Made by a program: the position numbers and the translations under genes | Assembly: GCF_006345805.1 (NCBI RefSeq) | Contig: NC_043004.1 | Coordinates: 65,348,001 to 65,412,000, forward strand | From: Octopus sinensis | Lineage: Eukaryota | Length of the DNA: 64,000 nucleotides | Direction of reading: 5' to 3' | The notes under the pieces: model-generated | Databases searched by the model: none | The model's input: only the letters and a program-made list of their open reading frames with translations | What the model was told of the DNA's origin: nothing | Shown here: positions 1 through 13,765 of the stretch, in pieces | Numbering within the stretch: the first letter of the stretch is position 1 | Layout: the number at the start of each line of letters is the position of its first letter

Positions 1-396
1 ATTTGACTATGCTCCTTCCCCAAACCTACTTAAAGAAAGAAAGAAAAAAGCATATACTTCTATCTGTTAGAAAATCATTATTTGTTTTTATAGTAAAAAA
101 AAAAATGGTTCGTGGAAAATAAATCGGAATATATGTGGAATGCCTGGGTGGGTGGTTGGACTAAGTATGATTTGAAGATGAAAGCAAAAAACAAATGAAT
201 AAAAAAAACGAAAAATTAGATAGAAATACGTAATAAGCTGGGAAAATGGAGACCGGAGTACTTGTGTGTATGTGTGTGTGTGTGTGTGTGTTTGCTTGTG
301 TGCGTATCTGTTGATCGAGTGCCTGTGTATGTTGCATATCTGGGCATTTATATGCGTATATACGTATATAAATACATAGACATATCCCTCTATCTT

Positions 397-456
<60 letters not shown>

Positions 457-549
457 AACTAGTAACTAGCGAGCTAGCTCTCTCTCTCTTTGTTCACCCT
501 TCTCTCACTCACTCACTCTCTCTCTCTCTCTGCATATGTATGTATATAT

Positions 550-601
<52 letters not shown>

Positions 602-1097
602 TATTTATATATCTAGGTCGCACAGAGAGATAAAGAGAGGGATATAGAAAGGGAGATAAAAATATATGGTATGTTGTCAATATTTACCATAAAGAATAAA
701 AAATGGGAAAGGAAAAACAGCAGCATTAGACAGAATTAAAGAGAACTATACGCAGGGAGAGAGATTTTTTTGTGGAGGAAAAAAAAGCTGTTCAAAGAAT
801 GATAGATTGGTAATTATTATTCCAAAGTATGGTGAAGAATAAATAGGTTATATTTACTGAAAAATCTGTTGAAGAATTCAATAAATCTTATCAAAATTAA
901 ATACTTGTTGGCACATCTCGCCTAATATCGACATTTGAGTCTTATAGGTACATCATATGTGTGTGAGTGAAAGTCGGTGTATGCGTGGAAGTCCATGTAT
1001 GCTTACCCGTTTTATGTGGGTATCTCTCTATCTCTTTCTCACTCTCTCCTTCTGTCTGTCTGTCTCTGTCTCTGTCTCTTCCCTCTCTCTCTCTCTC

Positions 1098-1129
<32 letters not shown>

Positions 1130-1254
1130 CATGTGTGTTCGTATGCACGTTTGTGTATGCAAATATTATTAAATGGGCGTATGCAAATATTAATACGCAG
1201 ACACCTTCATATACACACGTATTTATGCATGTATGTACGCAAGCATGCATGTCT

Positions 1255-1289
<35 letters not shown>

Positions 1290-1441
1290 CATATACTTTA
1301 ACATACATTCATTCACACGCATATATATACATATAATATACATTCATACATACATACTTAAATACACGAATACATACATACATCACGTGTGCGTATGAGT
1401 TTATCTGCGTATCATTATTCGCATACGCGGTCACCAGTCAT

Positions 1442-1656
1442 CTCGCCATGTTGGATCGTTGAACGCAGCATACTTTCCTCTCTCCGTTTTTTTTTAATTC
1501 TCCCACCATTCCTCCCTCTTAATCCTTTCTGTCGAAGAACGTAGGCTCGAAACGTAAAAGACCTTTCCATTCTTGCCGAGCGTTAAACTAATACACCTGC
1601 TTGTTTTTCCTACACCTGTTTTCGTATTTTGTTTCCTGTTAATTTGAACTATATTA
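1442..1656 (+). mobile_element. Same ~200-bp family, hammerhead-like motif at 1525-1560
   Basis: CTTT CTGTCGAA GAAC GTAG GCTC GAA ACGT A AAAG. Shared CGCCATG..GATCGTT start. Ends in a microsatellite. Confidence 0.6.
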
Positions 1657-1788
<132 letters not shown>

Positions 1789-1789
1789 A

Positions 1790-1820
<31 letters not shown>

Positions 1821-2224
1821 ATGTGTGTATATATACGTGCATATATATATATACATATACATGCATATATATATATATATATATGCATATACATAGACAC
1901 ACACACCCAAACTAGTGACGAACTACACGATTAAGTACTGGACTCGAAGACAGTGGAAAAGCTGTTGCTTAGTGAGTGGGATTGACTCAGTGCACAGCCT
2001 TTCCTCACTTTAAAAAAAATCTTCTTGCACAGGCATTGCACGATAACAATATTGTTCATGATTGTTGATGGTGCTGTGAGTCTCAACCGAATGCCTGGCT
2101 GTGGCCTTAAAAAGCAAATAAAAGTCACATTCAATCACAGCACCAATAACAGTTAAGCTTCGTGCAATGGCCATACTCGATAACGGGGGGAAGCCATCAT
2201 GTATGTATGTATGCATGAATGGAG

Positions 2225-2258
<34 letters not shown>

Positions 2259-2284
2259 ACACACCACACACACACAAACACATA

Positions 2285-2323
<39 letters not shown>

Positions 2324-2752
2324 TAATTATATCCACGCCACACGCACACACATCACACAGACATATATATATATATAACATGTATTATATATTATATATT
2401 ATATATATGCACACACACATACTCAGGGTGAGGGCGCATAGCCTAGTGGTCAGGGTGTTGCACTCACGATCGAGTGATCGCGGTTTCAATACTTAGACCT
2501 GGTGTTGCGTTGTGTTCTTGAGCTAAACACTTCGTCTCACGTTGCTTTGCGGTCACCTTGACACCTGACATGTGATACACCTTGCACCTCTTCTGGCCGA
2601 TTTGATGAAGCGTGTGAACTTAACGTATGGCACATACATATGATCACTATAAGCAAATCATTTGTGTCTTATACTGTAGTGTCGAGCCAACCAAAGCTTT
2701 GTGTCTGGATCTGGTAGACGGAAGCTGAAAGAAGCCGACGTATATGTATATG

Positions 2753-3628
2753 CAGGGTGTCCCATAAGTAAATGATGGGTTTCAATTTTTAATAACTTCC
2801 TTAACCTTACAAATAGATGCGTGGAATTTTGATAAAATATAAAGGACATAATGGAAATTAATATGCTCAAGTCAATTTGTGCAACAACACTACATCACAT
2901 ATGAAAAATGACATCGCTTCAATGGCAGCCATTTTGGGTTTCGCACGCCCATGCTCTTTCGAAAACTTGCACTATAACACCCTCAAGAGTTACAGACCCC
3001 ATTTCTCTGATTTCTCTATTGATGTTATCCTTCAGTTGCACCACGGTCTCCGGTTTGTTGACGTAAACCCTCACTTTCAGGTATCCATGATTAAGACATT
3101 TTTGCGCCCAGCTTTTCAAAGTACACCTCACACATTGTTCCAGCATGATGGGACAACTGCTCATACCGCAAGTGAAACAATGCAATTGCTACGGCACTGC
3201 TTTGGGGTGGGGAGAATAATCTCTCGCTACGGCACTGCTTTGGGGTGGGGAGAATAATCTCTCGCTACGGCACTGCTTTGGGGTGGGGAGAATAATCTCT
3301 CGCTACGGCAATGTCTAATGGCCTTCACGTTTCCCAAACTTGACTAGCCCAGATTTTTTCTTGTGAGGGTACCTGAAAGAGAGGGTTTACGTCAACAAAC
3401 TGGAGACCCTGTTGCTACTGAAGGAGAACACGGACTGCAAAGCAGAAAATGGCCGCCATTTAAATAAAGTCATTTTTCATATGTGATGTAGTGGTGTAGC
3501 ACAATTTCGCTTGTGCGTATTAATTTCCATTATGTCCTCTATATTGTATCAAAATTCCACGCATCTATTTGTAAAGTTAATGAAGGTATTAAAAATTGAA
3601 ACCCATCATTATCTTTTGGGACACCCTG
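2753..3628. mobile_element. Non-autonomous Tc1/mariner derivative built from two head-to-head transposase 3' ends
   Basis: Ends CAGGGTGTCCCA...TGGGACACCCTG with TA on the right (TG on the left). Plus strand: FQHDGTTAH...WPSRFPNLTSPDFFL*GYLKERVY. Minus strand: GYLKVRVYVNKPETVVQLKDNI. Confidence 0.88.
3188..3310 (+). repeat. 38-bp tandem repeat x3 plus a partial unit
   Basis: GCTACGGCACTGCTTTGGGGTGGGGAGAATAATCTCTC at 3188, 3226 and 3264. Confidence 0.95.
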
Positions 3629-4710
3629 TATATATCTATGTGCGTGATTCTTTGTGTCACTGTTTCTCCTCCATCACCGCTTGGCAACCGGTGTTTGTGT
3701 GTTCCTGTCCCAGTATTTTAGCGGTTCGGTAAAAGAAGCCGATAGAATAATTCCTAGGCTTAAGAAATTAGTTCTGGTGTCGGTTTCTTTGATTAAAAAC
3801 CTACAAGGCAGTGCTCCAGCATAACCGCAGTCTACAGACCGAAACAACTAAGGGATTAAAAGGTATATATATATGTATATATACATACATATATACATAA
3901 ATATATACATACATACATACATACATGTGTGTGTGTATGTGTATTGTGTGTGTATGTATGTTTGTCAAAAGAAACAGTAGTAAATTCGCAATGTATTTAC
4001 TTTAAGTATAATACAAAGATGGCTATTTTTTTTATCTAATACTGCTTCTGCTGCACGTAACGGATTCTATTTTGCCAAGAATCTATTTACAACACCAGTG
4101 ATTGTTCATTCACTGTTTTCCCATATTAGTGGAAACATAATTGTCTTAGCTTACAGTTAGCAGTGAGTACATGCTACTGTTAGCACCCAGAAACAGAATG
4201 CACATGTAACAAACCCGCATGCATCTGTTTCAACAACTTTCGGATACCGCCGTTATATGTTGTAGTTTTTAAGCATACAACTAATACGTCATTAAAAGCC
4301 ATTTCACTGTGGTATACATGCCGTCGTTTTCCATTATGTCTTGACTTGTTCTGCCATCGTTTATCGTTTGTTTGTTTTTATCACCGTTCCTTTACGTTTG
4401 CACGTTTATTCCCAGAAGTTTTTTGCTGCTGACACCACCAAAATGATCAACGTTAAAGGCGCGAAATTGTTATGATTTTCGGACGATAACTGAGAGAGGA
4501 GGATGTTGAAATCTACTTTGTGATTTTTCCATGTTTATTTTTTTTCGGGGATGGGGATCATCTTTGTCCATATCTTGTATTCGACTTTTTCCGTGTGTCT
4601 CTTCGTCGTCTTGTGTAAGTTTTTAATCTAATTATTTCATATTACTTAACGCACCGTGCATTTTGTTCCAACACAAGGACACCTCATACAGAGAGTAATA
4701 TTGGGTGTGA

Positions 4711-4747
<37 letters not shown>

Positions 4748-5614
4748 TCTCTCACTCTCTCTTCCGTCTACCTTTTCTTATCTCCCAGTTACTTTTTCTG
4801 TCTCTCCCTTCCACTTTTCTATTTGCTCTCTTTCTCTTTTCTTCTGCGCTCAACTGCCTTATTCCCCTTTTCCCCCTCTGTAATCCCATCTATCGCTCTC
4901 TGCCCCTTCTCCCTATATTTTGCTTCCATTTCTTCCTCTACATTTCTTTCTACTCTCCAATACCAGTCTTCTCTCTCTTCTCTCTCTTCTCTCAATACCA
5001 CGTGACCATTCCTTTTCTCCCTTCACATTTCTTTCAGTTGACCCCTGATCTGTTCATTCATCGTCTCTTGGGTTCCCATTTTAGCATTTACCGACAACCC
5101 TAGATTTGTCTCATTTCCCACTTTTCATTCTATCTATCCCTCTGTTTCTTCCCCACTTCCACCTTCATTTATCTCCTTTTTATCCTTTCTCCTTTGCAAG
5201 GCCTACAGGACATCATTTTCCACAAGCGTTACTTCTGCACATATCTTATCTTAATGTTGTCTCAGTGCCCCTACAGCCTTTATTTATGTGTATATCTTTC
5301 TATATATTTACCAACAACCTGTGTCACATTCCATTATGTCTTTTTTCTTGTTCTGTCGCCGTTTGTTCGTTCTCGTCACCGTCCTGTACGTTCGCTCACT
5401 TAATCCCAGCAGCGCTTTGCTGTTGACGCCTCCAAAGTGAACAACCTCTCTGATAGAGGCGTGAAATTGTTACGATTCGCCGTTGATAACTGGTGATGGA
5501 AAATATCAAGTCCACGACTTGTTCGAGATTTTTCCACGTCTCCCTCTGTCGTCATTCTGTGCAGTGTTTTAATTTACGATACATATATCTATCTATCTAT
5601 CTATCTATCTCTCA

Positions 5615-5775
<161 letters not shown>

Positions 5776-5777
5776 TT

Positions 5778-5816
<39 letters not shown>

Positions 5817-5921
5817 TTATCTATCTATATATATATACATACATGCATACATACATACATATATAATCTATATATATATATGTGTGTGTGTGCGTGTGTG
5901 TGTGTGTGTATTTGAGTGTGT

Positions 5922-6220
5922 GTGGAGGCATATGGCCCTGTGGCTAGAGCAGCAGATTCCCTGTCGAGGGATCGCGGGTTCGAATCTCAGACTAGGCGGT
6001 GCGTGTGTTTGTAAGCGAAACACCTAAGCTCTACGCGGCTCCGGCAGAGGGTAATGGCGAACTTCTGCTGACTCTTTCGCCACAACTTTCTCTCACTCTT
6101 TCCTCCTTCATCTTGCAGCTCACCTACGACGGACCGACGTCCCGTCCAGGTGGGGAACCTCTACGCCGTGGAAACCGGGAATCTGGCCCTATGAGTGTGG
6201 CTCGAGAAGGAACAAACAAA
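5922..6220 (+). mobile_element. SINE family C2 (family C head and core, different 3' tail)
   Basis: Shares AAGCGAAACACCTAAGCTC and ACTCTTTCGCCACAACTTTC with family C. Tail CCCGTCCAGGTGGGGAACC...GAAGGAACAAACAAA. Confidence 0.8.
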
Positions 6221-6227
6221 TATATAT

Positions 6228-6280
<53 letters not shown>

Positions 6281-6359
6281 ATATATCTATATACATACAC
6301 ATATATATATATAATATATTATATATGTATATGTATATATAAGGTATTATATGTATATG

Positions 6360-6399
<40 letters not shown>

Positions 6400-7104
6400 T
6401 GTACATGTATATATGCATATGTCCTTATATATGTGTGGTTGTGTATATCTATCTTGGTATCTACGTGTGTGTGCTTACATGTGTACACATGCATAACTGT
6501 ATACACGCATGTATACAATTATATACAAATTTGCTTTCTGCATTTGAATTCGATGTACACTTAACATGCAGCAACTTCACAGATTTATTTTCCGTTTAAA
6601 GTTGCAACATGCATACAAATATTTAGACATTTAAGGAGCTGATGGAGAAAAATGGCGGAAATATTGAGTGAGAATTTGAAAGTGAATCAGAATTGTATAG
6701 TGAGTACGATTATGGGGAAAATGTACATGGTAACGTACTGCATATTTGCATATACGTATGTGTGTGTATATATACGTACACATACACACACGAACACCTC
6801 CACACACACCTCCACACACACACACACACACATATATAGATTGATAGCTATATACATATATATATACCTATATATATATACATACAAATATATATACATA
6901 CAAATATGTATATATATATACGTTTATAAATATGTACATATTGACATATATTTATGAGTGTATACACTCACATAGATATAAATATATATATATATGTACG
7001 TATGTATATATATGTATAGGACATATATATATATGTGTGTGGATATATATATGTATGTATATTAATATGTATATTATATATGTATATATATATCATTAAT
7101 GTAT

Positions 7105-7147
<43 letters not shown>

Positions 7148-7353
7148 GTATGCATACCTATACGAGTGTGTACCGGTATTTATATTCCACTACGTATATA
7201 CATGTAATTTATACACATGATGTCTGTGTAGCGAGTTCTGTTTGTATGCGCGCGCGTGTTTGTGTGTGTGTTGTGTGTGCGTGTGTGTGTTTATAGAAAG
7301 GTATACACACATCTAGAGAAAAAAGTAACACGTATTTGCATATCTATGTCAAT

Positions 7354-7413
<60 letters not shown>

Positions 7414-8371
7414 CAAACATATATATATATATACACACTCATACACACATATATGTATATATATATACATATATATATATATATACATTAACATACATAT
7501 AAATACGTGTATATATACCTACTCACAAACTCATACACACACATATGTCATCGATATGTTTGACTAAAATAATATGCTTAAAGGTGTAAGACTGATAGCG
7601 GTACGAAAAAAAAAGATAGTTCCATGTAATACACATGTAATAAATAGTTGTAGTTGGTACGAAAAGTTTACTGAAATATTGCAAAAGGAAAACGAAAAAA
7701 AATTTGAGTAGAGATAAATAACTCACAGGTATAATTATCGATGCAACTAGGATACAATTTGTTTGAATGTAAGATCTAATTTTCAACAGAAACATAACAG
7801 TTTACAAACAAAATACCGACACGGGTTTTCACGGAAAATTTCTATTCCATCGACATATTATTTATTTTTATCCAGGAAAACATTCATCATATGAAATCTA
7901 TGTCAAGCAGAATTAAGCCCTGGGCTTAATCCTGTTTATTATGTTGTTTTTGTTTTTTTGTTGTTGTTGCTATTGTCGTTTGTGTTTTTGTTTGTGTTTT
8001 ATCAAGAGTCTGCCAGGAAGTCTTGTAATTATGGATTTTTCAGCCATGATCGAACTATGCTTCTGGACCAAATCCTTTATTGTCTTCTTTATTTTTGAAA
8101 GCTATAGTTTGTGATTTAAGGGCTATCTATATCCCTAAAATTGCAAATTACAATCTTATCTAACTGTGTTGATTACTGAGATTGTAGTGTGTTAAAATTT
8201 TAAATATAGTTCATGTATTTTTATATATTTTTATGTTTTATATTTTTTAGATTGTAATGTATAATTTCTAACGTAACCGTTAGAAACGTTCCAATATTTC
8301 CATTAGTCATATTTCAATGATATTGTGTTAAATAAAGCTGTTCTCTGTGTAACTAAAACTATGACTTTTGA

Positions 8372-8420
<49 letters not shown>

Positions 8421-8667
8421 GCGGGGGCTCTATATGGTTTATAAATATTGTAAAAATATCTGCAAAACAGATCTTTCTCAAATTAGAAACTAATTGTCTT
8501 AAAAGTATGAGAACACGTTCGTATGATGTTCTTTTAAATACGTTATGTTTGCAATAAAGAACGGGATGGCTACGGCTAAAATGCTTTTGAATATACGATA
8601 AGTTCAGTCTCGGTGATGCTTAGCCCTGTCGTGAGCTTTTGGACTCCAAAAGCCTAAGTTTAATCCA

Positions 8668-9003
8668 GTTTCCATGGCGTATGGCACTCCGACAGTTACG
8701 ACAGTGAGGGTTCCAGTTGATCCGAACAACGGAACAGCCTGCTCGTGAACTTAATGTGTAAGTGGTTGAGAACCACACAGACACATGTACCCTTAACGAA
8801 GTTTTCAGGGAAATTCAGCGTGGCACAGAATGTGACAAAGCTGGCCCTTTTAAATACAACTAATACTCATTCTTGCCAGAAGGGTGGACGGGAGCAACGT
8901 GAAATAAAGTGTCTGGCTTAAGGATAAAACGCGTCGTCGGGAATTGAACTCACGACTTTACGATCGTGAGCCGAATACCCTAACCACCAAGCCACGCGCC
9001 TTA
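8668..9003 (-). mobile_element. tRNA-derived SINE family E
   Basis: Minus strand GGCGCGTGGCTTGGTGGTTAGGG, GAGTTCAATTCC, ACACTTTATTTCACGTTGCTCC. Confidence 0.78.
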
Positions 9004-10427
9004 GCTCATGGGGTAGAAATAACTGAGGCTACAACAGCGCTTCTATGGACAGGATGCCGGTCCGTAGGATTAAATTCCCAGTGTTTTTTTCGAAAACATA
9101 CCCGTTCTTGAATCGAAATCGAAACTTGAAATCAAAACTTTCCCGTGCTGGAATCGAAACCACGACTTTATGATCATGAATGCAACACCCTAACTATTAG
9201 GTCATGTGATTCCACAAGCTCAGAAATGACCTAGTGTTAAACAACAAAATGTCTGTTATAGCTATCCCTGGAGAAAATTATCTGATATCGTTTCAGAATA
9301 TGAGAGAAGTGAATCTTCATAGTTTTACGTGACTCAACTCTGTGCGTATGATAATCAAATAAAAGCTCATATTTGCTTTCAATGTAACAATATTTTACCC
9401 GACAATAAGCTCTGCACGATGCGTTGCAATATTCTTCTCAAAACATGAGAGCTAATTGTATTTTGTGACATTTCCATTCTTAGATTTCTCTATTCGTCTC
9501 AGTCACTGAAGATCAGTCATGTTGCAGCATTGCTTTCAAAGATTTGATTAGTTGAAATCTACTCCCTTACATTCAAACCGTAGCTATTCTTATCGAGTCA
9601 AGGTCAGGATGAAAAGCCAAGCTGGGCTTCCAGAAATCTGAACTCAGAATATAAAAGGGGCGTAACATATTATGGCCAAACCTTTTATTTTCTGCTTCTC
9701 TACCGATTCTGCCACAGCGTTGCCATCGTGTTTTCTTCTCTCTTTATTCCCCTTTTCGTTTCTCCTGATTAAGCTTCGTAAATACTTTTCTGTTATCTCT
9801 AAAACTGAGAACCATTACTATTTCATGATCGTTTCAAAGATGAGGACCACATCCCGCTTTTAGCATTTATCATGGCCTATTTTATATGAAAAAAGTTCTT
9901 TCAATTATAATTTTAAAACGATAGATAACGACGGTTACTATCGTCAAATTTTGAACTTCAGAGACTTTCCTATATCTTTTCTCCCGCAAAAGGCAAAAAA
10001 AAATCGTCTAAAATCCACTTTACCATCAATAAATCTACTTTCCCTAATGATAAATCATTATCTCGTTTTATATCTCTAATCAGTGGTATAATTAGAGTAA
10101 AATTACTATTTCTGAAGTGAACTAGCAATTCCTCTTTTAATTTACCGGGAAACGCTCGTTAATACAAAGACAGACAGGTACAGATGCGCACACATATTGA
10201 AAAAATATCTACAATATATCTGATCTCCACTCCAGAGCTTTAGTATATAATAACTGCATATATATATGTATATATACCCAATCATAAGTATGTATATGTG
10301 CGTGGGGTCAAAGCACACAGATCTATATATGCATTAATATCAATGTTTTACACATGCCCAGGTGTGCATATACAAATATACATATATACACTATTACATA
10401 TATATTTATGTATATATACGTTTATAT

Positions 10428-10925
10428 ATTTGTTGTACAAAATTTTTTTATGTGTAGTCGTGTGTTGAAACAGATATTATTATATTTCGGAATGGTCATT
10501 TTGCCAGTTTAGCCAATAAAAACACACGCACAATATATTTGGTGTTACTTTGCTTCAGTGTTATTTATTTTTTACATTAATCTTAATCTTATTTCGGCCA
10601 GAGTTCTTTCGTCACACTCCTGGGACCGCATCAGTGGTCCTTTGTTTTCTTCTTTCTTATTTGTGTCTCTCCTTACTAACCGTCGGCCATTTTGTAGAAA
10701 TACAAAATGGCTGACAAAATGGTTTGTAAAGAGAGACACAAATAAGAAAGAAGAAAACAAAGGACACCTGATGCGGTCACAGGAGAGTAAAGAAAGAACT
10801 CTGGCCGAAATAAGATTAAGATTAATGTAAAAAAATAAATAACACTGAAGCAAAGTAACACCAAATATAAAGTGCGTGTGTTTTCATTGGCTAAACTGGC
10901 AAAATGACCATTCCGAAATATAATA

Positions 10926-10929
<4 letters not shown>
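10428..10929 (-). mobile_element. Fold-back pLTR remnant of the same Penelope-like family
   Basis: Arms 10474-10696 and 10701-10929 are inverted around a GAAA loop. Near-identical to 29573-29845. Each arm holds a degenerate hammerhead-like motif (10596-10639 minus, 10762-10806 plus). Confidence 0.85.
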
Positions 10930-10972
<43 letters not shown>

Positions 10973-11951
10973 TGTATGTATGTATGTATGTATATATATA
11001 TGTGTGTGTGTGTGTGTGTGCGCGTGTGTGTGTGTGTATGTCTGTGAGTAAAGTGTATCTTTGTATTGTATGTAAACACGCGTGTATATAGGGGTATGTG
11101 TGTATTTACAAATATGCTCGTTAGCATTATAGCAGAACGAACAACAATTGTTAAAAATCATCGACAGCAGTAACAAGAAGAAAAGGACAAAAAAACGTAA
11201 ATAAAGTACAAAAATACATCATGAAGAAGAAGAACAAAATGTGTATAATAAGCACATAAAATAATTTCTCCCGCCTTCCTTAAATACACAACTGAAAAGC
11301 GCGGCTCTGATAGAAACCAGGAGCCCCTGCCTGAAAATACAACCTGCTAATACAAGACACACACACACACACACACACACACACGTATAATACACACATG
11401 TAAGCTCACAAGCGCACCCGCATCTACTCACGCATGCGCATACACACACACTGAGATAACACAAATAAATCTCAGCATTAATCAAATAAGGAAACACAAA
11501 CGAATAAAAAAAAAATAAAAGAGAGAAGAGCAAAAACAACTGGCAAACATTTGTGTGCATCATAAATGAAGGGAACACGCTGTACAACCCCCATAGAAAG
11601 TAATTAGCAGCTATAATGTTATAATAACGAACACAGCACAGCACATGTCATAATAACAACTTGAAGTCCCTTTACTACGCTACAACAGCGCGCAAATTCC
11701 TTTATTACTCATTTTTCTAAAATGAGTCACCCGAAAATAAATAAAACAAAAAGAAGTAGTAAAGAAATTTGAAAAAAAAAAACAAACAAAGAATTTGCAA
11801 TGTTAGTTGGAAACTAGCCACTCCACACAAGGACCCCCTATGTTGTCGTGTGTTACACTAGAAATAGCAGCTATATTGGTTTTAAATCACATACCCTTAA
11901 ATACGTCTTAAATACAAAGATGGATACACATTACACAATATAGTGACCATA

Positions 11952-12450
11952 AGGCGGCGAGCTGGCAGAAAGGTTAGCGCGCCGGGCGCAATGTTTAGCG
12001 GTATTTTGTCTGCCGCTACGTTCTGAGTTCAAATTCCGCCGAGGTCGACTGTGCCTTTCATTCTTTCGGGGTCGATAAATTAAGTACCAGTTACGCACTG
12101 GGGTCGATATAATCGACTTAATCCGTTTGTCTGTCCTTGTTTGTCCTCTCTGTGTTTAGCCCCTTGTGGGTAGTAAAGAAATAAGTATTTCGTCTGCCGC
12201 TACGTTCTCAGTTAAAATCCCGCCGAGGTCAACTTTGCCTGTCCATGTTTGTCCCTCTATATTTAGCCCCTTGTGCGTAGTAAAGAAATAGTTATTTCGT
12301 CTGAGTCCTGAGTTCAAATTCCACCGAGGTCGACTTTGCCTTTCATCCTTTCGGGGTCGATAAATTAAGTACCAGTTGCGTTCTGGGATCGATCCGCTCA
12401 ACTGGCCCCCTCCTCAGAAATTTCTGGCATTGTGTCTAGAATAGAAAAAA
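11952..12450 (+). mobile_element. Multimeric tRNA-derived SINE family B
   Basis: Head GGCGGCGAGCTGGCAGAA, B box GAGTTCAAATTCC, central GACTTTGCCTTTCATCCTTTCGGGGTCGATAAATTAAGTACCAG. Three joined units. Confidence 0.82.
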
Positions 12451-12506
12451 ATTAAGTAGTTACCCTAAAATAAACTAAAACAAAATAGATAATAAAACAA
12501 TAAACA

Positions 12507-12712
12507 TAGGTGCAGGCATCACTGTGGTATAAGAAGTCTGTTTATCAACTGCAGAGTTTTGTGTTCGGTACCAGTGCGTGCACCATGGGCAAGTGTCTTC
12601 TACTATGGTCTCAGTCTGACTAAAGACTTGTGAGCGGGCTTGATCAATGGAAACTGCGGAAACCTGTCATATGCGATGTGTGTGTGCGTGTGTGGTGTGT
12701 GTGTGTGTGTGT

Positions 12713-12762
<50 letters not shown>

Positions 12763-12975
12763 CTGTATATACCTGTCTTTATATTTCAAATTTCCTCTAC
12801 CACCGCTTGACATACCGTTGTTGGTTGTTGATGTCCTCTGCGGTTCGGCGAAGAGACCGATAGACAACGAACTTGTCCTAAAAAACAAAGAACTGGGGTT
12901 GATTAGTTCGATTAAACTCGTCAAAAGCAATGCCCGAGCATAGCCCCAGTTGAAAGACTGAAATAAACAAAATAT
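12507..12975 (+). mobile_element. SINE family A, diverged
   Basis: Collinear with 16414-16878. Confidence 0.75.
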
Positions 12976-13164
12976 GAAAAAAGGAAACAATCAATAAACA
13001 AGAACAAAAATAAAACAAAAAGTGATAGAACAGGGATGAAAACCAGCCCCAAAAGAACCCGCTATGTAGTCGCATTACATGCTAGAAATACCAGCCGTAT
13101 TTGCTTCGACTCACACAACCTTCAGTTTTTAAAAAATATAGAATGCGCTACACAATATACTTTC

Positions 13165-13765
13165 CTACTCTAGGCAAAAGGCCCGAAATTTTAGGGGATG
13201 GATCCAGTCAATTAGATCGTCCCCCAGTACGCAACTGGTGCTTAATTTATCGACCCCGAAAGGATGAAAGCCCAAGTCGACATCGGGGGAATTTGAACTC
13301 AGAATGTAAAGACAGACGAAATACCGCTAAGTATTTCGCCGGCGTGATAACCTTTCTCATTTCTTTATTGTCCACAAAGGGCTAAACATAGAGGGGATAA
13401 ACAAGGACAGACAAAGGGATTAAGTCAATTACATCGACCTCAGTGCGTAACTGGTACTTAATTTATCGACTTCGAAAGGATGAAAGGCAAAGTCGACCTC
13501 AGTGGAATTTGAACTCAGAACGTAAAGACAGACGAAACACCTATTTCTTTACTACCCACAAGGGGCTAAACACAGAGGACAAACAAGAGCAGACTGACGG
13601 ATTAAGTCGATTATATCAACCCTAGTGCGTAACTGGTACTTATTTAATCGACCCCGAAAGGATGAATGGCAAAGTCGACCTGGGTGGTATTTGAACTCAG
13701 TACGTAAAGACAGACGAAATACCGCTAAGTATTTCGCCCGGCGTGCCAACATTTCTGCCAACGCG
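13165..13765 (-). mobile_element. Multimeric SINE family B (three units)
   Basis: Three reverse-complement copies of the B box plus central domain. Confidence 0.82.

Larger units (their letters stand above)
2431..3863 (+). mobile_element. Chimeric SINE (family E-type head plus family A body) split by the mariner derivative
   Basis: Head TAGCCTAGTGG/GGTTTCAAT. Family A motifs GGTAGACGGAAGCTGAAAGAAGCC before 2753 and TTAGCGGTTCGG after 3628. Confidence 0.7.

Noticed and set aside
3188-3310. 38-bp repeats as a CRISPR array
   Set aside because: The units are contiguous with no spacers, and lie within a eukaryotic transposase remnant.
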